From Mantamonas sphyraenae STR306 (Eukaryota > Protista > CRuMs): a stretch of 64,000 nt of DNA. Both the position numbers and the translations under genes were made by a program. How positions within the stretch are numbered: position 1 is the stretch's first letter; each line of letters opens with the position of its first letter. The stretch is taken from contig JAPMXV010000027.1 in NCBI GenBank assembly GCA_026936335.1, positions 161,533-225,532 on the forward strand, written 5' to 3'. Below, one piece after another: positions 37,101 to 52,100 of the stretch. The notes under the pieces were generated by a model that saw nothing but the letters and a program-made list of their open reading frames with translations, was not told the origin of the DNA and did no database searches.

Positions 37101-40100
37101 TGGCGATCACGGTTGTGGCTGTGAACGACGGCCCTGTGCTGAGTGTTGTGTCTGCACAGAGTGTGGCTGAGGACGTGGATCTGACGATCAACGGCATCAG
37201 CGTGACGGACGTGGACGTTGCAGGCAACGCATTCCAGGCGAACGTGAGCGTGAGCCAGGGTGTGGTGACCGCAGTGACGACGACGGGCCTGACATTCAGT
37301 GTGGGCGACGGTGCGTCGGACGCGACGATGAGCTTCACGGGCACGCTGACCCAGGTGCAGACGGCACTGGGTGTGCTGGTGTACCGCGGGGCACAGGATT
37401 ACAACGGCGCAGACACGCTTGTGGTGCGCGTGAGTGACCTGGGCAACGTGGGTGTGGGGGGAGAGTTGACAGACAGCGGCAGCGTGGGCATCACGGTGAC
37501 GCTGTGAACGACCGCCCTGCCATCACACCTGTGGGTGGAGTGAACGTGGACGAGGACACGGATCTGACGATTGCAGGCATCACTGTGACGGACATTGACG
37601 TGGGCGGAGAGTCCATGGAGATGAACTTGACGGTGACGCATGGTGTGCTGACGAGCGTGAACGCAGGCGGCGTGACGTTTGTGTCTGGCACGAGCAACGG
37701 AGGACGCAGTCTGGTGCTGAACGGCACGGTGACGGCGCTGAACGCGGCCATCGGGCAGGTGGTGTACCACGGCGACCTGCACTTCTTTGGCAGCGACTCG
37801 CTCGAACTGAGCGTGCGCGACAAGGGCAACACGGGAGCCGGCGGTGAGCAGACAGACAGCCAGAGTGTGGCGATCACTGTGAATGGTGTGAACGACGCGC
37901 TGGTGATCACTCTGCCGAGTGCACAGAGTGTGGCTGAGGACACGGATCTGACGATTGGTGGCATCAGCGTGAGCGATGTGGACGTGGCCGGATTTGCGTT
38001 CCGAGTGAACGTGAGTGTGAGCGCAGGCAGCCTGTGGCTGGGCAGCACGACGGGTCTGACGTTTGGCAGTGGCGACGGAGTGAACGACACGTGGATTGTG
38101 TTTGACGGGTCGATCACGGCTGTGAACGCAGCACTGTCGAACATGGTGTACCGTGGAGTGACACAGTACAACGGAGCAGACGGGCTTGTTGTGTGGGTGT
38201 CTGACCAGGGAGCAGTCGGGCAGCGGTGGTGAGCAGGTGTCGAACAAGACGCTTGTGATCAACGTGGTGGCTGTGAACGACGCACCTGTGCTGAGTGTGC
38301 CTGGGGCACAGAGCACGGCCGAGGACACTGCGCTGACAGTGAGCGGCGTGAGTGTGGCGGACGTGGACGTCGCGGCGGAGCGATGAACGTGAACGTGAGT
38401 GTGAGTGCTGGCCGAGTGTGGCTGGCGAGCACGAACGGCCTTGTGTTCAGTGCAGGCAACGGCAGCAGCGACGGACGGGTGGAGTTCAGCGGCAGCGTGA
38501 CGGATGTGAACAACGCGCTGGCGACAGTTGTGTACATGCCGGACAGTGCGTTCAACGGAGTGGACAGCATTGTGGTGAGCGTGAACGACGGTGGCAACAC
38601 GGGCAGTGGCGGAGTGCTTGGAGACAGTGGCAGCATTGTTGTGACTGTGTCGAGCGTGAACGACGCGCCTGTGCTGAGTGTGCCGAGTGGACAGAGCGGC
38701 GTTGAGGACACGGATCTGACGATTGGTGGGATCAGCGTGAGCGATGTGGACATTGCGGGCAGTCTGCTGCTGGTGAACGTGAGCGCAAGCCAGGGTGTGG
38801 TGACACTGGGCAGCATGAGCGGCGTGACGATTGTGGACGGAGCAGCATCGGGCACGAAGGATGTGCGCTTTGTGGCGACGCTGACAAACGCAAACGCGGC
38901 GCTGAACAACATTGTGTACCGTGGAGACGCGAGTACAATGGAGGAGACACGATCACGGTGACAGTGAACGACCAGGGAGCTAGTGGCACGGGTGGAGCAC
39001 TGGGCGACACGCGCACGATTGGTGTGAGTGTGAGTGCGGTGAACGACGCGCCTGTGCTGACTGTGCCTGGTGGACAGAACGTGAACGAGGAGACCGACCT
39101 GACGATCGGCGGTATCAGCGTGGCAGATGTGGACGCAGCAGCCGGTGTGGTTGCCGTGAACGTGAGTGTGACGTCTGGTCAGATGTGGCTGGGCAGCACG
39201 AGTGGCCTTGTGTTTGGTGCTGGCAACGGCAGCAGCGACGCAACGGTGCGTTTCACGGGCACGTTGACCAACGTGAACGCAGCGCTGACGAACCTGGTGT
39301 ATCGTGGCAACGCGAACTTCCAGGGCACGGACAGCGTGGTGTTGAGTGTGAACGATCTGGGCAACACGGGCGCGGGTGGAGCGCTGGGTGACAGTGCCGT
39401 GATTGTGGTGACTGTGGCCGAAGTGAACGATGCGCCTGTGCTGACGGCACCGGCCACTGTGAGTGTGAACGAAGACACGAGCAGTGCCATTGGCGGTCTG
39501 AGCGTGGTCGATGGCGACGTTGGCAGCGCGCGCATGCAACTGCGTCTGAGTGTGTCACAGGTGTGTTGAGCCTGGGTAGCACAAGCGGACTGTTGTTTGC
39601 TGTTGGTGACGGCGTGTCTGACAGCACGATTGAGTGCAACGGCACGGTGACGGATGTGAACGCGGCTTTGGGCAGCGTGACGTACGTGGCAAACAGCAAC
39701 TACAACGGAGCGGATACGCTGGCTGTGTTTGTGGACGACCTCGGCAACAGTGGTCTGGGAGGAGCACTGAACGACACGGCGAACGTGGCGATCACAGTTG
39801 TGGCTGTGAACGACGGCCCTGTGCTGAGTGTTGTGTCTGCACAGAGTGTGGCTGAGGACGTGGATCTGACGATCAACGGCATCAGCGTGACGGACGTGGA
39901 CGTTGCAGGCAACGCATTCCAGGCGAACGTGAGCGTGAGCCAGGGTGTGGTGACCGCAGTGACGACGACGGGCCTGACATTCAGTGTGGGCGACGGTGCG
40001 TCGGACGCGACGATGAGCTTCACGGGCACGCTGACCCAGGTGCAGACGGCACTGGGTGTGCTGGTGTACCGCGGGGCACAGGATTACAACGGCGCAGACA

Positions 40101-43100
40101 CGCTTGTGGTGCGCGTGAGTGACCTGGGCAACGTGGGTGTGGGCGGAGAGTTGACAGACAGCGGCAGCGTGGGCATCACGGTGACGCCAGGTGAACGACC
40201 GCCCTGCCATCACACCTGTGGGTGGAGTGAACGTGGACGAGGACACGGATCTGACGATTGCAGGCATCACTGTGACGGACATTGACGTGGGCGGAGAGTC
40301 CATGGAGATGAACTTGACGGTGACGCATGGTGTGCTGACGAGCGTGAACGCAGGCGGCGTGACGTTTGTGTCTGGCACAAGCAACGGAGGACGCAGTCTG
40401 GTGCTGAACGGCACGGTGACGGCGCTGAACGCGGCCATCGGGCAGGTGGTGTACCACGGCGACCTGCACTTCTTTGGCAGCGACTCGCTCGAACTGAGCG
40501 TGCGCGACAAGGGCAACACGGGAGCCGGCGGTGAGCAGACAGACAGCCAGAGTGTGGCGATCACTGTGAATGGTGTGAACGACGCGCTGGTGATCACTCT
40601 GCCGAGTGCACAGAGTGTGGCTGAGGACACGGATCTGACGATTGGTGGCATCAGCGTGAGCGATGTGGACGTGGCCGGATTTGCGTTCCGAGTGAACGTG
40701 AGTGTGAGCGCAGGCAGCCTGTGGCTGGGCAGCACGACGGGTCTGACGTTTGGCAGTGGCGACGGAGTGAACGACACGTGGATTGTGTTTGACGGGTCGA
40801 TCACGGCTGTGAACGCAGCACTGTCGAACATGGTGTACCGTGGAGTGACACAGTACAACGGAGCAGACGGGCTTGTTGTGTGGGTGTCTGACCAGGGAGC
40901 AGTCGGCAGCGGTGGTGAGCAGGTGTCGAACAAGACGCTTGTGATCAACGTGGTGGCTGTGAACGACGCACCTGTGCTGAGTGTGCCTGGGGCACAGAGC
41001 ACGGCCGAGGACACTGCGCTGACAGTGAGCGGCGTGAGTGTGGCGGACGTGGACGTTGCCGGCGGAGCGATGAACGTGAACGTGAGTGTGAGTGCTGGCC
41101 GAGTGTGGCTGGCGAGCACGAACGGCCTTGTGTTCAGTGCAGGCAACGGCAGCAGCGACGGACGGGTGGAGTTCAGCGGCAGCGTGACGGATGTGAACAA
41201 CGCGCTGGCGACAGTTGTGTACATGCCGGACAGTGCGTTCAACGGAGTGGACAGCATTGTGGTGAGCGTGAACGACGGTGGCAACACGGGCAGTGGCGGA
41301 GTGCTTGGAGACAGTGGCAGCATTGTTGTGACTGTGCTGAGCGTGAACGACGCGCCTGTGCTGAGTGTGCCGAGTGGACAGAGCGGCGTTGAGGACACGG
41401 ATCTGACGATTGGTGGCATCAGCGTGAGCGATGTGGACATTGCGGGCAGTCTGCTGCTGGTGAACGTGAGCGCAAGCCAGGGTGTGGTGACACTGGGCAG
41501 CATGAGCGGCGTGACGATTGTGGACGGAGCAGCATCGGGCACGAAGGATGTGCGCTTTGTGGCGACGCTGACAAACGCAAACGCGGCGCTGAACAACATT
41601 GTGTACCGTGGAGACGCGCAGTACAATGGAGGAGACACGATCACGGTGACAGTGAACGACCAGGGAGCAAGTGGCACGGGTGGAGCACTGGGCGACACGC
41701 GCACGATTGGTGTGAGTGTGAGTGCGGTGAACGACGCGCCTGTGTTGACTGTGCCTGGTGGACAGAACGTGAACGAGGAGACCGACCTGACGATCGGCGG
41801 TATCAGCGTGGCAGATGTGGACGCAGCAGCCGGTGTGGTTGCCGTGAACGTGAGTGTGACGTCTGGTCAGATGTGGCTGGGCAGCACGAGCGGCCTTGTG
41901 TTTGGTGCTGGCAACGGCAGCAGCGACGCAACGGTGCGTTTCACGGGCACGTTGACCAACGTGAACGCAGCGCTGACGAACCTGGTGTATCGTGGCAACG
42001 CGAACTTCCAGGGCACGGACAGCGTGGTGTTGAGTGTGAACGATCTGGGCAACACGGGCGCGGGTGGAGCGCTGGGTGACAGTGCCGTGATTGTGGTGAC
42101 TGTGGCCGAAGTGAACGATGCGCCTGTGCTGACGGCACCGGCCACTGTGAGTGTGAACGAAGACACGAGCAGTGCCATTGGCGGTCTGAGCGTGGTCGAT
42201 GGCGACGTTGGCAGCGCGCGCATGCAACTGCGTCTGAGTGTGTCACAAGGTGTGTTGAGCCTGGGTAGCACAAGCGGACTGTTGTTTGCTGTTGGTGACG
42301 GCGTGTCTGACAGCACGATTGAGTGCAACGGCACGGTGACGGATGTGAACGCGGCTTTGGGCAGCGTGACGTACGTGGCAAACAGCAACTACAACGGAGC
42401 GGATACGCTGGCTGTGTTTGTGGACGACCTCGGCAACAGTGGTCTGGGAGGAGCACTGAACGACACGGCGAACGTGGCGATCACGGTTGTGGCTGTGAAC
42501 GACGGCCCTGTGCTGAGTGTTGTGTCTGCACAGAGTGTGGCTGAGGACGTGGATCTGACGATCAACGGCATCAGCGTGACGGACGTGGACGTTGCAGGCA
42601 ACGCATTCCAGGCGAACGTGAGCGTGAGCCAGGGTGTGGTGACCGCAGTGACGACGACGGGCCTGACATTCAGTGTGGGCGACGGTGCGTCGGACGCGAC
42701 GATGAGCTTCACGGGCACGCTGACCCAGGTGCAGACGGCACTGGGTGTGCTGGTGTACCGCGGGGCACAGGATTACAACGGCGCAGACACGCTTGTGGTG
42801 CGCGTGAGTGACCTGGGCAACGTGGGTGTGGGCGGAGAGTTGACAGACAGCGGCAGCGTGGGCATCACGGTGACGCAGGTGAACGACCGCCCTGCCATCA
42901 CACCTGTGGGTGGAGTGAACGTGGACGAGGACACGGATCTGACGATTGCAGGCATCACTGTGACGGACATTGACGTGGGCGGAGAGTCCATGGAGATGAA
43001 CTTGACGGTGACGCATGGTGTGCTGACGAGCGTGAACGCAGGCGGCGTGACGTTTGTGTCTGGCACAAGCAACGGAGGACGCAGTCTGGTGCTGAACGGC

Positions 43101-46100
43101 ACGGTGACGGCGCTGAACGCGGCCATCGGGCAGGTGGTGTACCACGGCGACCTGCACTTCTTTGGCAGCGACTCGCTCGAACTGAGCGTGCGCGACAAGG
43201 GCAACACGGGAGCCGGCGGTGAGCAGACAGACAGCCAGAGTGTGGCGATCACTGTGAATGGTGTGAACGACGCGCTGGTGATCACTCTGCCGAGTGCACA
43301 GAGTGTGGCTGAGGACACGGATCTGACGATTGGTGGCATCAGCGTGAGCGATGTGGACGTGGCCGGGTTTGCGTTCCGAGTGAACGTGAGTGTGAGCGCA
43401 GGCAGCCTGTGGCTGGGCAGCACGACGGGTCTGACGTTTGGCAGTGGCGACGGAGTGAACGACACGTGGATTGTGTTTGACGGGTCGATCACGGCTGTGA
43501 ACGCAGCACTGTCGAACATGGTGTACCGTGGAGTGACACAGTACAACGGAGCAGACGGGCTTGTTGTGTGGGTGTCTGACCAGGGAGCAGTCGGCAGCGG
43601 TGGTGAGCAGGTGTCGAACAAGACGCTTGTGATCAACGTGGTGGCTGTGAACGACGCACCTGTGCTGAGTGTGCCTGGGGCACAGAGCACGGCCGAGGAC
43701 ACTGCGCTGACAGTGAGCGGCGTGAGTGTGGCGGACGTGGACGTTGCCGGTGGAGCGATGAACGTGAACGTGAGTGTGAGTGCTGGCCGAGTGTGGCTGG
43801 CGAGCACGAACGGCCTTGTGTTCAGTGCAGGCAACGGCAGCAGCGACGGACGGGTGGAGTTCAGCGGCAGCGTGACGGATGTGAACAACGCGCTGGCGAC
43901 AGTTGTGTACATGCCGGACAGTGCGTTCAACGGAGTGGACAGCATTGTGGTGAGCGTGAACGACGGTGGCAACACGGGCAGTGGCGGAGTGCTTGGAGAC
44001 AGTGGCAGCATTGTTGTGACTGTGTCGAGCGTGAACGACGCGCCTGTGCTGAGTGTGCCGAGTGGACAGAGCGGCGTTGAGGACACGGATCTGACGATTG
44101 GTGGCATCAGCGTGAGCGATGTGGACATTGCGGGCAGTCTGCTGCTGGTGAACGTGAGCGCAAGCCAGGGTGTGGTGACACTGGGCAGCATGAGCGGCGT
44201 GACGATTGTGGACGGAGCAGCATCGGGCACGAAGGATGTGCGCTTTGTGGCGACGCTGACAAACGCAAACGCGGCGCTGAACAACATTGTGTACCGTGGA
44301 GACGCGCAGTACAATGGAGTAGACACGATCACGGTGACAGTGAACGACCAGGGAGCAAGTGGCACGGGTGGAGCACTGGGCGACACGCGCACGATTGGTG
44401 TGAGTGTGAGTGCGGTGAACGACGCGCCTGTGCTGACTGTGCCTGGTGGACAGAACGTGAACGAGGACGTTCAGTTGACGATCACGGGTGTTTCGGTGAC
44501 CGACGTCGACGTGGGTGCAGGGCTGCTGCAAGTCAACGTGAGTGTGGCTTCCGGTCGTGTGTGGTTGAAGTCTCTGGCCGGCCTTGGAGTGGAAGCAGGC
44601 AGTGGCAGCGGTGATGCCAGCCTGCGTGTGGTCGGCAACCTGACGTCTGTGAATGCGGCGCTGTCCGAGATGGTGTACCAGGGCAACCTGCACTTTGTGG
44701 GTGCCGACAGCGTGGCGATTGCAGTGAACGATCTGGGCAACACCGGGTCGGGTGGTGCTTTGGGCGATGCACAGAGCATTGCGGTGACTGTGGCAGGTGT
44801 GAACGACGCGCCTGTTCTGAGTGTGCCGAGTGCGCAGAGCGGCATGGAGGACACGGACATTGCGCTCGGTGGCATCAGCGTGAGCGATGTGGACGTGGCT
44901 GCGAACGAACTTGTGGTTGATCTGCAGGTGAGCAGCGGTGTTCTGACGCTTGGCGGCACGACGACGGGCCTGACGTTTGTGACGGGCGGTCCGTCGCTGA
45001 ACGCCGTGATGCGCTTCCGAGGCAGCCTGACGAACATCAACACGGCGATGAGCAGTGTGGTGTACCGTGGCAACACGCACTACAACGGAGCGGACACGGT
45101 GCTGGTTACTGTGAACGACCAGGGAGCCGTGGGCATTGGTGGTGCTCTGAGCGATGCGGCCAATGTGTCTGTGACTGTGAATGCTGTGAACGACGCACCT
45201 TCGGTCGCTGTGGGTGGAGCCCAGAATATGGACGAAGACGAACTCCTCGGTGTCACAGGGATCTCTGTGGCGGATGTGGATGTCGCTGGAACAAGCATGA
45301 CGGTGAACGTAAGCGTGAGCCGTGGTGTGTTGACCCTGGGTTCGTCGACGGGACTTGTGTTTTCAAGTGGCGACGGAGCTGCTGATGCGTCGATGGTGTT
45401 TTCAGGCACGCTGACGAGTGTGAACAGTGCGTTGGCGACGCTGCAGTACCAGGGCAACCTGGACTTCAACGGATTGGACAACGTGGTCGTTGGCGTTAGT
45501 GACAACGGAGGTACTGGAGCTGTGGGGCGCTGTCAGCTTCCGCCAGCAAGCTTCTGGTTGTGAACGCGGTGAACGACAAGGTGAACATCACGGTGCTGGA
45601 CACGCAGAGCGTGAACGAGGACACGGACCTGACCATGTATGGCATCAGCATCTCTGATGTGGACATCGGAGGCGACACGATGCTTGTGAACGTGACGGTG
45701 ACGGAGGGCCTTGTGAGCCTTGGCAACACTGCAGGGTTGACGTTTACGCAGGGTGACGGTGCGGCGGACGCGGATGTGCGCTTCTCGGGCAACCTGACGG
45801 CAATCAACGCGGCGCTGAACGGCCTTGTGTATCGCGGTGCGCAGCACTGGAATGGTGCTGAGCTGCTGCGTGTGTGGGCGTCTGATCAGGGCTTCGGCAG
45901 TGCGAACGGCACGGTGACGGAGACGGAGAAGCTTCAGGTGATCAACGTGCTTGCTGTAAACGACGCGCCTGTGATCGGTGTGACAAGCAGCAGCGTGGCG
46001 ACGGCTGAGGATGTGAGCGTGAATGTGACTGGCCTGAGTGTGACTGACGTTGACGTGATGGCATCTGCAGTGTCTGTGAATCTGACTGCGACCAGTGGTG

Positions 46101-49100
46101 TGATGACGCTCGGATCGACGAGTGGGCTCGCTTTCACGCTTGGCAGTGGCAACTCGAACAAGGAGATGCAGTTCTCGGGCACCTTGACTGCAGTGAACGC
46201 TGCGTTGGCATCTGGCGTGTCGTATGTGGGAGATGTGCATTTCAACGGGGTTGACAGCATTGTGGTGACTGTGAGTGACCAGGGTGCAAGTGGATCTGGT
46301 GGAGAACAGACGGCAACGGCGACGATCGCTGTGAGCGTGAGCGCTGTGAACGACGGGCCTGTATTGAGTGTGCCCAGTGCACAGAACGCGGTGGAGGACA
46401 CTGATCTGACGATCGGTGGCATTAGCGTGAGTGACGTGGATGTGGCGGGCAGCAACGTGCGTTTCAACGTGAGCGTTAGCAACGGTCGCGTTTGGTTGGC
46501 AAGCACGACGGGCCTTGTGTTCGCAGAGGGCGACGGAGTGTCTGATGTGCGTGTGCGTGCAGAGGGCACGCTGACCGCGGTGAACGCGGCACTTGCCAGC
46601 GTTGTCTACCACGGCGATGCCAACTTTGTCGGTGTGGATAGCCTGCTTGTCTCTGTGGATGACAATGGCAACACCGGAAGTGGTGGCGTTTTGTCTGCGT
46701 CGAATGTGGTGAGCATCGTGGTCGCGAGTGTGAACGATGGACCTGTGCTGAGCGTGCCCGGTGGTCAGAGCGCTGTGGAAGACACGACGCTGGTGATCAA
46801 CGGTATCAGTGTGAGCGACACGGACGCGGGAACGGGACAGATGTACTTCAATGTGACGAGCGTGAACGGTGTTGTGACTTTTGGCACAACCACGGGTTTC
46901 ACGTTTGTGGTTGGCGACGGAGTGTCAGACAGCCGTGTGGAGTTCACGGCATCGCAGCAGGCGTTCAACGCGTCGATGATTGCGAGTGGCCTGGCGTATC
47001 GCGGCAACGCCCACTTTGAAGGTGCAGATGTGATCACGTTGACAGTGAACGATCAAGGCAACACAGGCGGATCGGCATTGAACGACACGCGCACGATTGG
47101 TGTGAGTGTGAGTGCGGTGAACGACGCGCCTGTGCTGACTGTGCCTGGTGGACAGAACGTGAACGAGGAGACCGACCTGACGATCGGCGGTATCAGCGTG
47201 GCAGATGTGGACGCAGCAGCCGGTATGGTTGCCGTGAACGTGAGTGTGACGTCTGGTCAGATGTGGCTGGGCAGCACGAGCGGCCTTGTGTTTGGTGCTG
47301 GCAACGGCAGCAGCGACGCAACGGTGCGTTTCACGGGCACGTTGACCAACGTGAACGCAGCGCTGACGAACCTGGTGTATCGTGGCAACGCGAACTTCCA
47401 GGGCACGGACAGCGTGGTGTTGAGTGTGAACGATCTGGGCAACACGGGCGCGGGTGGAGCGCTGGGTGACAGTGCCGTGATTGTGGTGACTGTGGCCGAA
47501 GTGAACGATGCGCCTGTGATGACGGTGGTGTCCAGTGTGAGTGTGAACGAAGACACTGCATCTGCCGCTGGACTGGTCTGTCGCTGGTCGATCGCGACGT
47601 CGGCAGCTGGCGACATGCGACTCAACTGAGTGTGTCACAGGGTGTGCTTAGCCTGGGTAGCACAAGCTGTCTGTGTATTTCAGCTCTGGCGATGGTGATT
47701 GCGTGTCTGACAGCACGAATATGCAACGGCAACGTGACGGATGTGAACGCGGTGTTGGGCAGCGTGACGTACGTGGCAAACACGCACTACAACGGGGCGG
47801 ATACGCTGGCTGTGTTTGTGGACGATCTCGGTAACAGTGGTCTGGGAGTGTGCACTGAACGGACGTCGCAAACGTGGCGATCACGGTTGTGGCCGTGAAC
47901 GACGGCCCTGTGCTGAGTGTTGTGTCTGCACAGAGTGTGGCTGAGGACGTGGATCTGACGATCAACGGCATCAGCGTGACGGACGTGGACGTTGCAGGCA
48001 ACGCATTCCAGGCGAACGTGAGCGTGAGCCAGGGTGTGGTGACCGCAGTGACGACGACGGGCCTGACATTCAGTGTTGGCGACGGTGCGTCGGACGCGAC
48101 GATGAGCTTCACGGGCACGCTGACCCAGGTGCAGACGGCACTGGGTGTGCTGGTGTACCGCGGGGCACAGGATTACAACGGCGCAGACACGCTTGTGGTG
48201 CGCGTGAGTGACCTGGGCAACGTGGGTGTGGGCGGAGAGTTGACAGACAGCGGCAGCGTGGGCATCACGGTGACGCAGGTGAACGACCGCCCTGCCATCA
48301 CACCTGTGGGTGGAGTGAACGTGGACGAGGACACGGATCTGACGATTGCAGGCATCACTGTGACGGACATTGACGTGGGCGGAGAGTCCATGGAGATGAA
48401 CTTGACGGTGACGCATGGTGTGCTGACGAGCGTGAACGCAGGCGGCGTGACGTTTGTGTCTGGCACACGAGCAACGGAGGACGCAGTCTGGTGCTGAACG
48501 GCACGGTGACGGCGCTGAACGCGGCCATCGGGCAGGTGGTGTACCACGGCGACCTGCACTTCTTTGGCAGCGACTCGCTCGAACTGAGCGTGCGCGACAA
48601 GGGCAACACGGGAGCCGGCGGTGAGCAGACAGACAGCCAGAGTGTGGCGATCACTGTGAATGGTGTGAACGATGCGCTGGTGATCACTCTGCCGAGTGCA
48701 CAGAGTGTGGCTGAGGACACGGATCTGACGATTGGTGGCATCAGCGTGAGCGATGTGGACGTGGCCGGATTTGCGTTCCGAGTGAACGTGAGTGTGAGCG
48801 CAGGCAGCCTGTGGCTGGGCAGCACGACGGGTCTGACGTTTGGCAGTGGCGACGGAGTGAACGACACGTGGATTGTGTTTGACGGGTCGATCACGGCTGT
48901 GAACGCAGCACTGTCGAACATGGTGTACCGTGGAGTGACACAGTACAACGGAGCAGACGGGCTTGTTGTGTGGGTGTCTGACCAGGGAGCAGTCGGCAGC
49001 GGTGGTGAGCAGGTGTCGAACAAGACGCTTGTGATCAACGTGGTGGCTGTGAACGACGCACCTGTGCTGAGTGTGCCTGGGGCACAGAGCACGGCCGAGG

Positions 49101-52100
49101 ACACTGCGCTGACAGTGAGCGGCGTGAGTGTGGCGGACGTGGACGTCGCGGGCGGAGCGATGAACGTGAACGTGAGTGTGAGTGCTGGCCGAGTGTGGCT
49201 GGCGAGCACGAACGGCCTTGTGTTCAGTGCAGGCAACGGCAGCAGCGACGGACGGGTGGAGTTCAGCGGCAGCGTGACGGATGTGAACAACGCGCTGGCG
49301 ACAGTTGTGTACATGCCGGACAGTGCGTTCAACGGAGTGGACAGCATTGTGGTGAGCGTGAACGACGGTGGCAACACGGGCAGTGGCGGAGTGCTTGGAG
49401 ACAGTGGCAGCATTGTTGTGACTGTGTCGAGCGTGAACGACGCGCCTGTGCTGAGTGTGCCGAGTGGACAGAGCGGCGTTGAGGACACGGATCTGACGAT
49501 TGGTGGGCATCAGCGTGAGCGATGTGGACATTGCGGGCAGTCTGCTGCTGGTGAACGTGAGCGCAAGCCAGGGTGTGGTGACACTGGGCAGCATGAGCGG
49601 CGTGACGATTGTGGACGGAGCAGCATCGGGCACGAAGGATGTGCGCTTTGTGGCGACGCTGACAAACGCAAACGCGGCGCTGAACAACATTGTGTACCGT
49701 GGAGACGCGCAGTACAATGGAGGAGACACGATCACGGTGACAGTGAACGACCAGGGAGCAAGTGGCACGGGTGGAGCACTGGGCGACACGCGCACGATTG
49801 GTGTGAGTGTGAGTGCGGTGAACGACGCGCCTGTGCTGACTGTGCCTGGTGGACAGAACGTGAACGAGGAGACCGACCTGACGATCGGCGGTATCAGCGT
49901 GGCAGATGTGGACGCAGCAGCCGGTGTGGTTGCCGTGAACGTGAGTGTGACGTCTGGTCAGATGTGGCTGGGCAGCACGAGCGGCCTTGTGTTTGGTGCT
50001 GGCAACGGCAGCAGCGACGCAACGGTGCGTTTCACGGGCACGTTGACCAACGTGAACGCAGCGCTGACGAACCTGGTGTATCGTGGCAACGCGAACTTCC
50101 AGGGCACGGACAGCGTGGTGTTGAGTGTGAACGATCTGGGCAACACGGGCGCGGGTGGAGCGCTGGGTGACAGTGCCGTGATTGTGGTGACTGTGGCCGA
50201 AGTGAACGATGCGCCTGTGCTGACGGCACCGGTCCAGTGTGAGTGTGAACGAAGACACGAGCAGTGCCATTGGCGGTCTGAGCGTGGTCGATGGCGACGT
50301 TGGCAGCGCGCGCATGCAACTGCGTCTGAGTGTGTCACAGGGTGTGTTGAGCCTGGGTAGCACAAGCGGACTGTTGTTTGCTGTTGGTGACGGCGTGTCT
50401 GACAGCACGATTGAGTGCAACGGCACGGTGACGGATGTGAACGCGGCTTTGGGCAGCGTGACGTACGTGGCAAACAGCAACTACAACGGAGCGGATACGC
50501 TGGCTGTGTTTGTGGACGACCTCGGCAACAGTGGTCTGGGAGGAGCACTGAACGACACGGCGAACGTGGCGATCACGGTTGTGGCTGTGAACGACGGCCC
50601 TGTGCTGAGTGTTGTGTCTGCACAGAGTGTGGCTGAGGACGTGGATCTGACGATCAACGGCATCAGCGTGACGGACGTGGACGTTGCAGGCAACGCATTG
50701 CAGGCGAACGTGAGCGTGAGCCAGGGTGTGGTGACCGCAGTGACGACGACGGGCCTGACATTCAGTGTGGGCGACGGTGCGTCGGACGCGACGATGAGCT
50801 TCACGGGCACGCTGACCCAGGTGCAGACGGCACTGGGTGTGCTGGTGTACCGCGGGGCACAGGATTACAACGGCGCAGACACGCTTGTGGTGCGCGTGAG
50901 TGACCTGGGCAACGTGGGTGTGGGGGGAGAGTTGACAGACAGCGGCAGCGTGGGCATCACGGTGACGCAGGTGAACGACCGCCCTGCCATCACACCTGTG
51001 GGTGGAGTGAACGTGGACGAGGACACGGATCTGACGATTGCAGGCATCACTGTGACGGACATTGACGTGGGCGGAGAGTCCATGGAGATGAACTTGACGG
51101 TGACGCATGGTGTGCTGACAAGCGTGAACGCAGGCGGCGTGACGTTTGTGTCTGGCACGAGCAACGGAGGACGCAGTCTTGTGCTGAACGGCACGGTGAC
51201 GGCGCTGAACGCGGCCATCGGGCAGGTGGTGTACCACGGCGACCTGCACTTCTTTGGCAGCGACTCGCTCGAACTGAGCGTGCGCGACAAGGGCAACACG
51301 GGAGCCGGCGGTGAGCAGACAGACAGCCAGAGTGTGGCGATCACTGTGAATGGTGTGAACGACGCGCTGGTGATCACTCTGCCGAGTGCACAGAGTGTGG
51401 CTGAGGACACGGATCTGACGATTGGTGGCATCAGCGTGAGCGATGTGGACGTGGCCGGATTTGCGTTCCGAGTGAACGTGAGTGTGAGCGCAGGCAGCCT
51501 GTGGCTGGGCAGCACGACGGGTCTGACGTTTGGCAGTGGCGACGGAGTGAACGACACGTGGATTGTGTTTTGACGGGTCGATCACGGCTGTGAACGCAGC
51601 ACTGTCGAACATGGTGTACCGTGGAGTGACACAGTACAACGGAGCAGACGGGCTTGTTGTGTGGGTGTCTGACCAGGGAGCAGTCGGGAGCGGTGGTGAG
51701 CAGGTGTCGAACAAGACGCTTGTGATCAACGTGGTGGCTGTGAACGACGCACCTGTGCTGAGTGTGCCTGGGGCACAGAGCACGGCCGAGGACACTGCGC
51801 TGACAGTGAGCGGCGTGAGTGTGGCGGACGTGGACGTCGCGGGCGGAGCGATGAACGTGAACGTGAGTGTGAGTGCTGGCCGAGTGTGGCTGGCGAGCAC
51901 GAACGGCCTTGTGTTCAGTGCAGGCAACGGCAGCAGCGACGGACGGGTGGAGTTCAGCGGCAGCGTGACGGATGTGAACAACGCGCTGGCGACAGTTGTG
52001 TACATGCCGGACAGTGCGTTCAACGGAGTGGACAGCATTGTGGTGAGCGTGAACGACGGTGGCAACACGGGCAGTGGCGGAGTGCTTGGAGACAGTGGCA